DNA of 54,284 bases from an uncultured Chitinophagales bacterium (GTDB lineage Bacteria; Bacteroidota; Rhodothermia; Balneolales; CAYWCV01). Location: contig CAZXGO010000005.1 in assembly GCA_964640035.1 (NCBI GenBank), positions 8,997-63,280 on the forward strand, in the 5' to 3' direction. Under the pieces are notes generated by a model. It searched no databases. It was not told where the DNA came from and saw only the letters and a program-made list of their open reading frames with translations. The position numbers and the translations under genes are program-made. The stretch's first letter is position 1. Each line of letters opens with the position of its first letter. Shown here piece after piece: positions 46,286 through 54,284 of this stretch.

Positions 46286-46981
46286 TTAAAGCACTATCGC
46301 TTGCTCCATTAATGATTCAAAAACATAACGGCCATCGTCACTACCCAGCAGTTTTTCAACAGCTCTTTCTGGATGAGGCATCATTCCCAAGACGTTTTTC
46401 GAGGTATTGCAAATCCCCGCAATGTGTGCCAGAGACCCATTTGGATTTGACTCGGGTGTTAGATTACCCGACGAATCACAATAACGGAATATAATTTGCT
46501 GATGATCTTCGAGCGATTTGAGCGTGCTCTGATCACAGAAGTAGTTTCCTTCTCCGTGGGCAATGGGTATCTGAAGCACCTGACCTACACGCATCGTACG
46601 TGTAAAATCGGTGCTATTATTCTCACAGCGAATGTACACATGCTTACAATTGAACTTTAGATGATCATTATGTAGCATGGCACCGGGTAGCAACCCGGAT
46701 TCTAACAAGATTTGAAAACCGTTGCAGATTCCAATGACCCTTCCCCCTTTGTGTGCGAAACGAACGACCTCCTCCATCACAGGTGAAAATCGTGCAATAG
46801 CCCCCGAACGCAGATAATCACCGTAGGAGAATCCACCGGGTAAAAGCACAACATCAGGGTTACCCAGATCAGTATCTTTGTGCCAAACGAAGTGGACATC
46901 TTGTCCCAACACGTGCTTTATCGCGTGATAGGCATCATGATCACAGTTTGAACCAGGGAATACGACAACGGTAAATTTCAT
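46286..46981 (-). CDS. purQ: Phosphoribosylformylglycinamidine synthase subunit PurQ
   Basis: [40 protein letters not shown]. Confidence 0.97.
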   Translation of the reverse strand: MKFTVVVFPGSNCDHDAYHAIKHVLGQDVHFVWHKDTDLGNPDVVLLPGGFSYGDYLRSGAIARFSPVMEEVVRFAHKGGRVIGICNGFQILLESGLLPGAMLHNDHLKFNCKHVYIRCENNSTDFTRTMRVGQVLQIPIAHGEGNYFCDQSTLKSLEDHQQIIFRYCDSSGNLTPESNPNGSLAHIAGICNTSKNVLGMMPHPERAVEKLLGSDDGRYVFESLMEQAIVL

Positions 46982-46983
46982 GA

Positions 46984-47280
46984 CTAGCCCTTAATTTCGG
47001 TCAAAAGTTGTATTTCCGTTAATACTATGTTGATCTTAAAACACTCATTAAAATCACCCTCAAAAACAATGGTATTACCGTTCAAATGAGCGGCCATGGT
47101 AAGGTCTTCGGCCGTTTGACGATCACATTTCAAGGCCTTTACTAACTGTAAGACCACCTCGTCGAAGGTATGTATATCATCATTATATAGTATCAGAGAC
47201 CAAGGATTCGCAAGTTTTTCCTCAGTTTCAACGAGCTGTTCCGGAAAAAGACTTTTTTGATATTGAGGTTGGCTCGGCAT
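46984..47280 (-). CDS. clpS: ATP-dependent Clp protease adaptor ClpS
   Basis: [14 protein letters not shown]...A..L....H..G core. Confidence 0.85.
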   Translation of the reverse strand: MPSQPQYQKSLFPEQLVETEEKLANPWSLILYNDDIHTFDEVVLQLVKALKCDRQTAEDLTMAAHLNGNTIVFEGDFNECFKINIVLTEIQLLTEIKG

Positions 47281-47292
47281 AGGGTACGTGTA

Positions 47293-47541
47293 TCAGGCCT
47301 TTGTGATTTCAAAGGTGAAATCTTCCATTACCGTATTTGCTAAAAGCTTATTACAAGCCTCATTAACAATGTGGCGTGCGCTTTCCTCATTGGCTGCCTC
47401 CACATCCATTTCAACAAGTTTTCCCATACGAACACCTTTAACTTCCGACATGCCTAAACTTTGAAGAGCGTGGTGACTCGCCTTGCCTTTAGGGTCTAAA
47501 ATGGATGGTCGTAGGGTGATATAAATCCTGGCCTTGAACAT
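47293..47541 (-). CDS. purS: Phosphoribosylformylglycinamidine synthase subunit PurS
   Basis: LRPSILDPKGKA, VRMGK, C.KLLAN.V.E.F. Confidence 0.95.
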   Translation of the reverse strand: MFKARIYITLRPSILDPKGKASHHALQSLGMSEVKGVRMGKLVEMDVEAANEESARHIVNEACNKLLANTVMEDFTFEITKA

Positions 47542-47581
47542 GGGAAGAATTAAAATTCAAAACCCCAAATTACGCCATTTT

Positions 47582-48499
47582 TTATTGTCTTTCCACTGCT
47601 GCCAGTTTTGAAAGGATGTAGCCTAACATTTCATCCTCTGACTGTTCATCGGCATTGATCCAATCTACCCATGGCCAGCGTTTGAACCATGTCATTTGTC
47701 TTTTAGCATACTGTCGGGTATGAGCTTTGATCTCAAGGATCATGTCATCATAACTCAACGCATCATTCAGGTATCGAATTACCTCCTCATACCCTACCGA
47801 TTTCATCACATAATCAGACAAATCATAACCCAACCCGAGCATAGTTTTAACTTCATCGACTAAACCGGATCGTATCATATCATCCACCCGAGATTCAATT
47901 CGATCGATAAGGTGTTTGCGATCACGAAGAATCCCAAATACAAGGGCATCCTTGGGCTTAGCAAAATGTTCCCGTTGATGAAAGTCGCTGAAGGGTCTTC
48001 CGGTCTGTTTGCAGATCACCAAAGCACGCGTAATGCGTTGTATGTTTAAGCCATCCATCTTTTCGGCATAGATTGGATCGAGCTTTTTTAACTTATCCAA
48101 AGCGGCCTGAGCACCTGATTTTTGGATTAAAGATTCAACTTCCTGTTGAATCGCAGGATCACTTTTTGGGATGTCATCGAGTGGAAAAAGCAGAGATTGC
48201 ACATACAGAGTACTTCCCCCTGATATGACCCAGTATGTGTGAGAATGTAGATGTTGCCAGTCGTGAACCCGCTGCACAAAGCTAGCAGCATCATCTTTTT
48301 GAGAGGGATCCAGGATAGAGACATTATAGTGTGTTACGTCATTCAGATCAGCCTCGGATGGCTTTGCTGTGCCGATATCCATATGTCGATAACACTGACG
48401 CGCATCGGCCGAAATGATGGGGCACGCTAACGATTTTGCGAGTCTGAGGGCAAGTGATGATTTTCCCGAAGCGGTGGGCCCAATGATAAAGATGTTCAT
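47582..48499 (-). CDS. miaA: tRNA dimethylallyltransferase
   Basis: GPTASGKS, IISAD.RQ.Y..MDIGTAKP, GGS.LY, TRQYAKRQMTWF. Confidence 0.96.
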   Translation of the reverse strand: MNIFIIGPTASGKSSLALRLAKSLACPIISADARQCYRHMDIGTAKPSEADLNDVTHYNVSILDPSQKDDAASFVQRVHDWQHLHSHTYWVISGGSTLYVQSLLFPLDDIPKSDPAIQQEVESLIQKSGAQAALDKLKKLDPIYAEKMDGLNIQRITRALVICKQTGRPFSDFHQREHFAKPKDALVFGILRDRKHLIDRIESRVDDMIRSGLVDEVKTMLGLGYDLSDYVMKSVGYEEVIRYLNDALSYDDMILEIKAHTRQYAKRQMTWFKRWPWVDWINADEQSEDEMLGYILSKLAAVERQ

Positions 48500-48538
48500 T
48501 GTCTCAAGAGTTATCAGAGACGGTAGTGATTTCTGTGA

Positions 48539-49627
48539 TCACTTGTTTTTCGATGGAAGGCTAACAACTAGAGATAAGCGATGTGTATTTCCCAGATCGA
48601 ACGGACTACGACTAAATCCGTAGTCGACATTTACCATTCCAATACGCACACCTGCACCTACGGTAGGATTGGCATAAAGCTTGGAATTAAATTCGTCGGT
48701 ACTAAAGCCGGTGAGTCCAGCACGAAGATGAACGAGTTCTTTGTAACTAAATTCAGCACCGATATTTGGTTCATAACTGATGATACCTGAATTCAGATAG
48801 AACGTTTTACGTCCATCAAAACGGAGATCTACATCTGCAGCAGCCGTCACACGTAGATCTGGCAGGTAAAACTGTTTTGCCACCCCCGCTTTAATCGTTG
48901 GAAGCACTCTTTCATTTTGTCCAACAGGTAATTCATCCTCATAAACGGAGTTTATATTTGCCAAGGCCTCTGTATCAACCGACCAAAACTTCATCATGGT
49001 GGTGATATCCATTAGATTTAACCCCCACTGAAAGCCTTCTTTTCGACCTTGTAATCCAAGATCAACACTGTAACCCCATGCTTGAGCAAAGGGACCAATA
49101 CGACTATTCAACACCTTTGCCGAAACGCCCCATTGCATGTGATCACGAAGTTTATGAGCATATGTTATGAAGACGGCCATATCGGTAGCGCTAAATGTCG
49201 TAATCTGTGTCGGGTCTGGAATACCATTGGCATCATTGTAGACATTCAACGTGTTCTTAATATTATCCACCCCTTGTCGGAAGGCACTAATTGCTAAAAC
49301 TCCCCTGTCATCAAGAGGGAGAGCGAAGCCGGCATAATCGTAGCTTACAATACCATTAAATCGTTCGGAGTGCATATACGAACCCTGATACGTCCGAATT
49401 CCATAGAGTCCTGCAGGATTCCAATATGCAGCGGTCACATCATCAGCTGAAGCAACAAAGGCACTTCCCATAGCGAGTGCACGGGCTCCGGCTCCAATGC
49501 TAAGAAAATCATTTCCATATTTGGCATTTACAAAGCCCTGGGCTTGTACTGTAGACACGGAGAATACACCCAAAAAAATGGAAATCAGTAGTGATCTAAT
49601 GGTATTCGAATACATAGAAAGGGGCAA
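48539..49627 (-). CDS. PorV/PorQ family outer-membrane barrel (T9SS-associated)
   Basis: Signal peptide, FLSIGAGARALAMG.A..A..DD.TA.YWNPAGL, C-terminal LGNTHRLSL. Confidence 0.82.
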   Translation of the reverse strand: MPLSMYSNTIRSLLISIFLGVFSVSTVQAQGFVNAKYGNDFLSIGAGARALAMGSAFVASADDVTAAYWNPAGLYGIRTYQGSYMHSERFNGIVSYDYAGFALPLDDRGVLAISAFRQGVDNIKNTLNVYNDANGIPDPTQITTFSATDMAVFITYAHKLRDHMQWGVSAKVLNSRIGPFAQAWGYSVDLGLQGRKEGFQWGLNLMDITTMMKFWSVDTEALANINSVYEDELPVGQNERVLPTIKAGVAKQFYLPDLRVTAAADVDLRFDGRKTFYLNSGIISYEPNIGAEFSYKELVHLRAGLTGFSTDEFNSKLYANPTVGAGVRIGMVNVDYGFSRSPFDLGNTHRLSLVVSLPSKNK

Positions 49628-49865
49628 ACTATGTGGCTAGATCTATGGTTAAATGTGTAGTCAACGTGTAAGAGGCTTGACGTGTTGCATATCTTAAGCT
49701 TTTACAAGGTAGAGATTATCCCTTACATTTCTGAAAATCTAGGCAGTGATTTACCTTTCAGCAAATGCATTCAAGCGAATTTTCTTGTATTATTACTGAA
49801 TTGAATCAGTATTCCTAAAATAAAAATAAACGGTATGTGCATCATACCGCTAAAACCATCCGGAT

Positions 49866-50981
49866 ATGAAGTTTAACATTACTAGCGGAGAACTCGTTAA
49901 AGCGTTATCGGCAGTTGCCGGTGTAGTTCCCAGCAAGGCCACCCTACCTATTCTTGAAAACGTCTTATTTGAGAGTGTAAACGGTCATCTAAAGCTAACC
50001 GCTACCGATAACGAAATTTACGTTGTTGAGCAGGTTGAAGCGGAGATCACACAAGATGGATCGGTAGCTATTCCTGCACGGCGTTTACTTGATACGATGC
50101 GACAGCTCCCGGATATCCCACTGTCTTTTGATATTGATGACCGTTGTATTGTTAAATTTAAAACCGATCGTGGTGCATACAAATTAGTCGGTGCAAAAGC
50201 GGAAGATTTCCCATCTTTACCCTCTGTTCTTGAGGGAACAACGGTGGTTATAGATACAGAATCATTGACCAGTGCCATCGAAAAAACACGTTTTGCTGTT
50301 TCCACCGACGATCTTCGCCCAAACATGATGGGAGTTTATTTTCAAGTCGATGAGGAAAAAACCAGACTTGTAGCCACAGATGGACACCGATTAGTACGTC
50401 TCATCAAATACAACATGAAGGGTGATATACCCGTCAACTTCATTGTTCCCGACAAAGCCTTAGCACAGGTTACTCGTACCTTGACGGGTGGAGAAACAAC
50501 CATGCAGGTTACAAAACACCATGTTCGTTTCACCAATGGTGATGCAGAAGTTATTTCTCGACTCATCAATGAAGCCTATCCGAATTATGAGAACGTGATA
50601 CCGAAGGAAAACGAAAAAATTATGACCGTTTCTAAAGATGATCTTTTGGCAACGGTTCGTCGTGTTTCCATTTTTTCAAGCTCAACGACGCGTCAGATTC
50701 GACTCAATTTGTCTCAAAATGAGGTCAGCATTTTTGCTGAAGACTACGAAATGAGCAGTGAGGCTCGCGAGTCTGTAAAATGTCAATATGACGATGAGGA
50801 CATGGTGATTGGCTTTAATGCCCGCTACCTGGCAGATGTCCTACATAATGTGAGCAGCGAGGATGTTACCTTTGCTTTCTCAACGCCTAATCGAGCAGGT
50901 ATTGTACAGCCCTTGGATCAGGATGCTGAGGAAGATTTGTTGATGCTAATCATGCCCGTGATGCTGAATACACAGGGGTAA
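49866..50981 (+). CDS. dnaN: DNA polymerase III subunit beta (sliding clamp)
   Basis: TLPILEN, ATD.E, VATDGHRL, SRLI...YPNY..VIP, IGFNARYL, LIMPV. Confidence 0.97.
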   Translation: MKFNITSGELVKALSAVAGVVPSKATLPILENVLFESVNGHLKLTATDNEIYVVEQVEAEITQDGSVAIPARRLLDTMRQLPDIPLSFDIDDRCIVKFKTDRGAYKLVGAKAEDFPSLPSVLEGTTVVIDTESLTSAIEKTRFAVSTDDLRPNMMGVYFQVDEEKTRLVATDGHRLVRLIKYNMKGDIPVNFIVPDKALAQVTRTLTGGETTMQVTKHHVRFTNGDAEVISRLINEAYPNYENVIPKENEKIMTVSKDDLLATVRRVSIFSSSTTRQIRLNLSQNEVSIFAEDYEMSSEARESVKCQYDDEDMVIGFNARYLADVLHNVSSEDVTFAFSTPNRAGIVQPLDQDAEEDLLMLIMPVMLNTQG

Positions 50982-50983
50982 CA

Positions 50984-51778
50984 ATGTCGGGGTCCCTCGT
51001 CACACTTACGACCGATTTTGGGACCTCAGATTATTATGTCGCCGCAATGAAAGCCGTCATGCTTTCATTGCATCCTCAATTAAACCTTATCGACCTATCT
51101 CACGATGTAAAGCCTCAGGACCTAATGGCTGGGGCTTGGTTATTGAAACACTCAGCCTATTTATTTCCCGAGGGTACGGTACATCTGGTAGTTATCGACC
51201 CTGGTGTAGGCACAGATCGAAGACCGATAGCCATCAAACATCGTGGTCAGGTCTTTGTTGGACCCGACAACGGCATCTTTTCATTGGTCACCGATAATGA
51301 AACTATTGAAGGGGTTGAGCTTCGAAATCAACAGTATTGGCGAACCCCAAACCCATCTTCAACCTTCCATGGGAGGGATATTTTTGCACCGGTCGCGGCC
51401 CACATAGCAGCTGGTGTTCAACTATCTGAATTAGGACCATCACTCAGTGGTTTGGAAGTGTTCCACTGGGCGATGCCAACCGCCGACAAAAATGGCATCC
51501 AGGGCTGGGTGGTTCATATTGATCGTTTTGGAAATTTAATCACCAATATTCCGGCAGACATGGTGCGACAACTTGGTCCGACAGAGCATCTGAGAATTTA
51601 TGTGGGCACTCAGATTCTACGAGGCATGGTTGACACCTATGGTTCAGTTCCTGATGGTGAGGCAATAGCCTTGTTTGGTAGCACTGGAACCCTGGAAGTA
51701 GCTGTTAACAAAGGAAATGCTGCGGAAATGTTAAGTGTTTACCAGGGTGCTCCGATATCTATCATATTAGATACATAA
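50984..51778 (+). CDS. SAM hydroxide adenosyltransferase (DUF62; chlorinase/fluorinase superfamily)
   Basis: LTTDFG..D.YV, VIDPGVGTDRR, GPDNG, SSTFHGRDIFAP, IDRFGNLITN. Confidence 0.9.
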   Translation: MSGSLVTLTTDFGTSDYYVAAMKAVMLSLHPQLNLIDLSHDVKPQDLMAGAWLLKHSAYLFPEGTVHLVVIDPGVGTDRRPIAIKHRGQVFVGPDNGIFSLVTDNETIEGVELRNQQYWRTPNPSSTFHGRDIFAPVAAHIAAGVQLSELGPSLSGLEVFHWAMPTADKNGIQGWVVHIDRFGNLITNIPADMVRQLGPTEHLRIYVGTQILRGMVDTYGSVPDGEAIALFGSTGTLEVAVNKGNAAEMLSVYQGAPISIILDT

Positions 51779-51814
51779 GCTGCAACTCATTCACCGCACG
51801 ATCGTAAACCCACT

Positions 51815-52627
51815 ATGACACACTTTCTACATTTACGTTCTCCCCAGCATGATCGTGCTGCCATAGAGGTCCCGGCAGATATATTTGACCCTCACAAAAG
51901 CATACATGGCACTGTCTGCTCGCGATTAGGTGACGAATACGAAATCCGTAACAATGTTATTGATCTGCTTGGGCAGATTCCGGAAGGGATCACCATGGCA
52001 CAACGCAGTAACCATTGGTCGTTAACGGCAACCGTCTACGAAGATACCTGGAGGGTGAATAGTCTAGGCATGTTAACGGGCGAGTCATTTCCAATCGATC
52101 AGGAGCAAGCGCTATTGGTGGATTGGCTCAAACCAAAACCGGGTGAAATTTTTTTGGACGTTGCCTGTTCAACGGCCCTGTATGCACGAGCGGTGGCAAA
52201 CGCTGAACCAGATGCGCAGGTATGGGCTCTTGATTTCGCTACCCCTATGCTCGATGAGGCTCGACGTCGGATAAGTGCTGAAGGTCACTACATAGGCTTA
52301 CTTCGTGCTAATGCAGAAGAGATGCCTTTTTTTGCATCGAGCTTCGACGGGATAGTGATGGGTGGGAGCTTAAATGAATTTGCCGATCCTCGTAAGGTGT
52401 TGTACGAATGTCGCAGAATATTAAAATCGGGTGGAAGAATGTTTAACATGCACTTGCTGAGTGCGGGAACCTGGTATGGGAAAGCCCTTCAACAATCGAT
52501 GGGTATCGGCGGGCTCCATTTCTGGACTAGTGCAGAAAGTAATCAACTCTTTGAGCAATGTGGATTTCGAGTCGATGAACAACGAGTGATGGGAGTGGTG
52601 TGTTTTAGCTTGCTGAGTGCAAGCTAA
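51815..52627 (+). CDS. Class I SAM-dependent methyltransferase
   Basis: FLDVACSTA (motif I variant), ALDF...ML, ANAEEMPF...FD, E.RRILKSGG. Confidence 0.82.
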   Translation: MTHFLHLRSPQHDRAAIEVPADIFDPHKSIHGTVCSRLGDEYEIRNNVIDLLGQIPEGITMAQRSNHWSLTATVYEDTWRVNSLGMLTGESFPIDQEQALLVDWLKPKPGEIFLDVACSTALYARAVANAEPDAQVWALDFATPMLDEARRRISAEGHYIGLLRANAEEMPFFASSFDGIVMGGSLNEFADPRKVLYECRRILKSGGRMFNMHLLSAGTWYGKALQQSMGIGGLHFWTSAESNQLFEQCGFRVDEQRVMGVVCFSLLSAS

Positions 52628-52629
52628 AA

Positions 52630-52689
52630 CAATTAATATCAATGAGGATCAATGAGTAGCAATGATTAACAATCATTAGCAATAATCTT
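52630..52689. repeat. Six degenerate tandem 10-mers (CAATNA core)
   Basis: caattaatat caatgaggat caatgagtag caatgattaa caatcattag caataatctt. Confidence 0.8.
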
Positions 52690-52735
52690 TTCATCTTTTA
52701 ACCGCTTTACTCTTAATCCGATCCCTGATCCCTGA

Positions 52736-53878
52736 TCACATTTTATCAGGTGCAGAGATACCCAGAATGGTGAGTCCGTTAACGAGAACTGTGGAGGTCG
52801 CTTTAAGAAGTGCAATTCGTGCAGCTGCGATATCGGATGCTTCTCCTACGATACGGCAGTGGTGATAGAAATGGGTAAAGGTAGCAGCAAGCTCATTCAA
52901 ATAGGTAATGATTCGATGAGGCTCCATAGCCTCAGCACTTCGTTGTACGACCTCCGGAAAATCGAGGATAATCTTGATCAAGGCGATTTCAGCCTCATGA
53001 CGTAATAGCGTTAGATCTGCTTTCGAGGGAATATCAGTCATCACTTCCTCGGCTTTACGCAAAATACTTTGAACGCGAGCATTTGCATACTGCAGGTAGA
53101 AGACAGGATTCTTATCACTGGCATCTTTTGCTTGAGCAATATCAAACTCAAGGTGGGTTCCTGGTGCGCGCATCAGGAAAAAGAAGCGTGTAACATCGGC
53201 ACCAACTTCATCCATTAACTCATCTAATGTGATAAAATTCGCCTTACGTGTGCTCATTTTGAAAGGCTCGCCGTCTTTGACGATCGTCACAAACTGGTAG
53301 ACCATCACCTGTACTCGCGTACTGTCGTATCCAAGGGCATCTAGTGCCGATAAAACATCCGGATAGGTAGCAATATGGTCGGCGCCAAAGATATCTACAC
53401 AGAGATCAAACCCACGTTCTAATTTTTGAATATGATAGGCAATGTCGGGTAAACGGTAGGTTGGTTCGCCGGTTGATTTAATGAGTACCGTGTCCTTTTC
53501 TTTCCCAAAGGCTGTCGTCTTAAACCAAGTAGCACCCTCAGCATCGTAAGCAAGTCCTTTTTCGCGAAGACGTTCAACTACGGTATCGATAGAGCCATCT
53601 TCATAGAGGCTGTGCTCATTGAAGAAGGTGTCCATCGTTATTTTCATACGTACCAACGTTGCTTTGATGTCGTCGAACATCGCATCGCGGGCTTCCGCCG
53701 TGAACAGTGCCAGATCATCGCTTTGATGCAGCTGTTTACCCTTTTTCTGAATCAGCCCTTGAGCGATATCACGGATATATTCTCCTTCATAGTACCCGTC
53801 CGTAAGTTCAATGTCTTCACCCAGAAGCTGCCGATATCGTATCTGAACAGATTCGCCCAGAACGCGCATTTGTCGCCC
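52736..53878 (-). CDS. argS: Arginine--tRNA ligase, N-terminally truncated
   Basis: GRQM, FGADH, KMSTR (KMSKS motif), NPVFYLQYA.AR, C-terminal LGISAP.KM. No HIGH motif or N-terminal domain is present upstream. Confidence 0.92.
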   Translation of the reverse strand, partial: GRQMRVLGESVQIRYRQLLGEDIELTDGYYEGEYIRDIAQGLIQKKGKQLHQSDDLALFTAEARDAMFDDIKATLVRMKITMDTFFNEHSLYEDGSIDTVVERLREKGLAYDAEGATWFKTTAFGKEKDTVLIKSTGEPTYRLPDIAYHIQKLERGFDLCVDIFGADHIATYPDVLSALDALGYDSTRVQVMVYQFVTIVKDGEPFKMSTRKANFITLDELMDEVGADVTRFFFLMRAPGTHLEFDIAQAKDASDKNPVFYLQYANARVQSILRKAEEVMTDIPSKADLTLLRHEAEIALIKIILDFPEVVQRSAEAMEPHRIITYLNELAATFTHFYHHCRIVGEASDIAAARIALLKATSTVLVNGLTILGISAPDKM

Positions 53879-54284
53879 ACGTTCGACTCGAGGCTCGTTC
53901 CTACCGCAGTGATCGTGCTTACCCGGAAGTGGACGGCAACACCGAGCGGATAATCCAGATCACTTGCTTCGATCACGAGGTTCGTTGAGGTTGACTCCGT
54001 GTCGGCAACGACACTCGCCCAGCCGGTCGACCCGTCGGCACTTCGTTCGATCTTGTAGCCCGTGATCGGTGAACCACCGTCGACTTCCGGGGCAGCCCAT
54101 GACAGAACGATGCCACCTGACGGGACCGTCACTCCGTCAATACCAGTCACCTCGCCGAACAAGTAGGCAGTGAGGTCGGTCGGGGCATCCGCAACCTTCA
54201 CCGGAGTACCGGAGGCAGTAGCGGCTGCGCCGATTCCCACATTCGTGGTCGCCGTCACCGTCACCGTGTACGCCGTGCCGTTCT
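53879..54284 (-). CDS. Fragment of a high-GC fibronectin type III repeat protein (open to window edge)
   Basis: NGTAYTVTVTAT.N.G.G and LSWAAP..DGGSPITGYKIERS...W...FRVS.I..VG FN3 motifs. Hand count of 54001-54060 gives 39/60 G+C. Confidence 0.75.

Noticed and set aside
49628-49865. Possible oriC upstream of dnaN
   Set aside because: No convincing TTATCCACA-type DnaA boxes (only TTATCCCTT) and no dnaA nearby.
50984-51778. Fluorinase/chlorinase (halogenase)
   Set aside because: It has the DUF62 hydrolase signature (DPGVG..R and TFHGRD with His), and no secondary-metabolite context.
52630-52689. CRISPR-like array
   Set aside because: Units are 10 bp, far too short for repeat-spacer units, and there are no cas genes.
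53752-54264. 170-aa ORF as a complete gene overlapping argS
   Set aside because: Its last ~40 codons are an off-frame read-through into argS past the junction, and its 5' end is open to the window edge.

Overview
A 54 kb, gene-dense bacterial chromosomal segment. It is most consistent with a Balneolota/Rhodothermota (Bacteroidota-superphylum) organism, inferred from a T9SS type-A C-terminal domain, a PorV-family barrel, TAnnTT(TG)-type promoter boxes and dnaN unlinked from dnaA. Most of it is housekeeping: ffh(partial)-rpsP-rimM-trmD-rplS, mrp, gcvT-comB-ftsK-lolA, exbB-exbD-tonB, glycogen genes (glgP, glgB, malQ, a truncated glgA-like gene), ispE, cca, murF, lolC/E, comA, rho, lptB, purS-clpS-purQ, miaA, dnaN and argS. 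No tRNA, rRNA, CRISPR array, transposase or integrase was recognised by eye. The most notable points are: (i) a ~10 kb uncharacterised five-gene cluster (11.4-21.3 kb) encoding a membrane-anchored class III adenylate cyclase, an exported NTF2-like protein, an exported unknown, a PEGA-like protein with a C-terminal anchor, and a ~1,780-aa T9SS beta-propeller/10xFN3 protein; (ii) a ~245-nt leader with competing helices upstream of an atypical, Lys-rich-tailed rho; (iii) a barrel/HU/HU-TM-SPOR/Ton-motor cluster; (iv) a six-unit CAATNA array phased at exactly 10 bp between convergent genes; and (v) an abrupt junction at ~53,879 where argS loses its N-terminus to a high-GC FN3 gene fragment, probably an assembly chimera. 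All calls come from motif recognition by eye; no searches were run.
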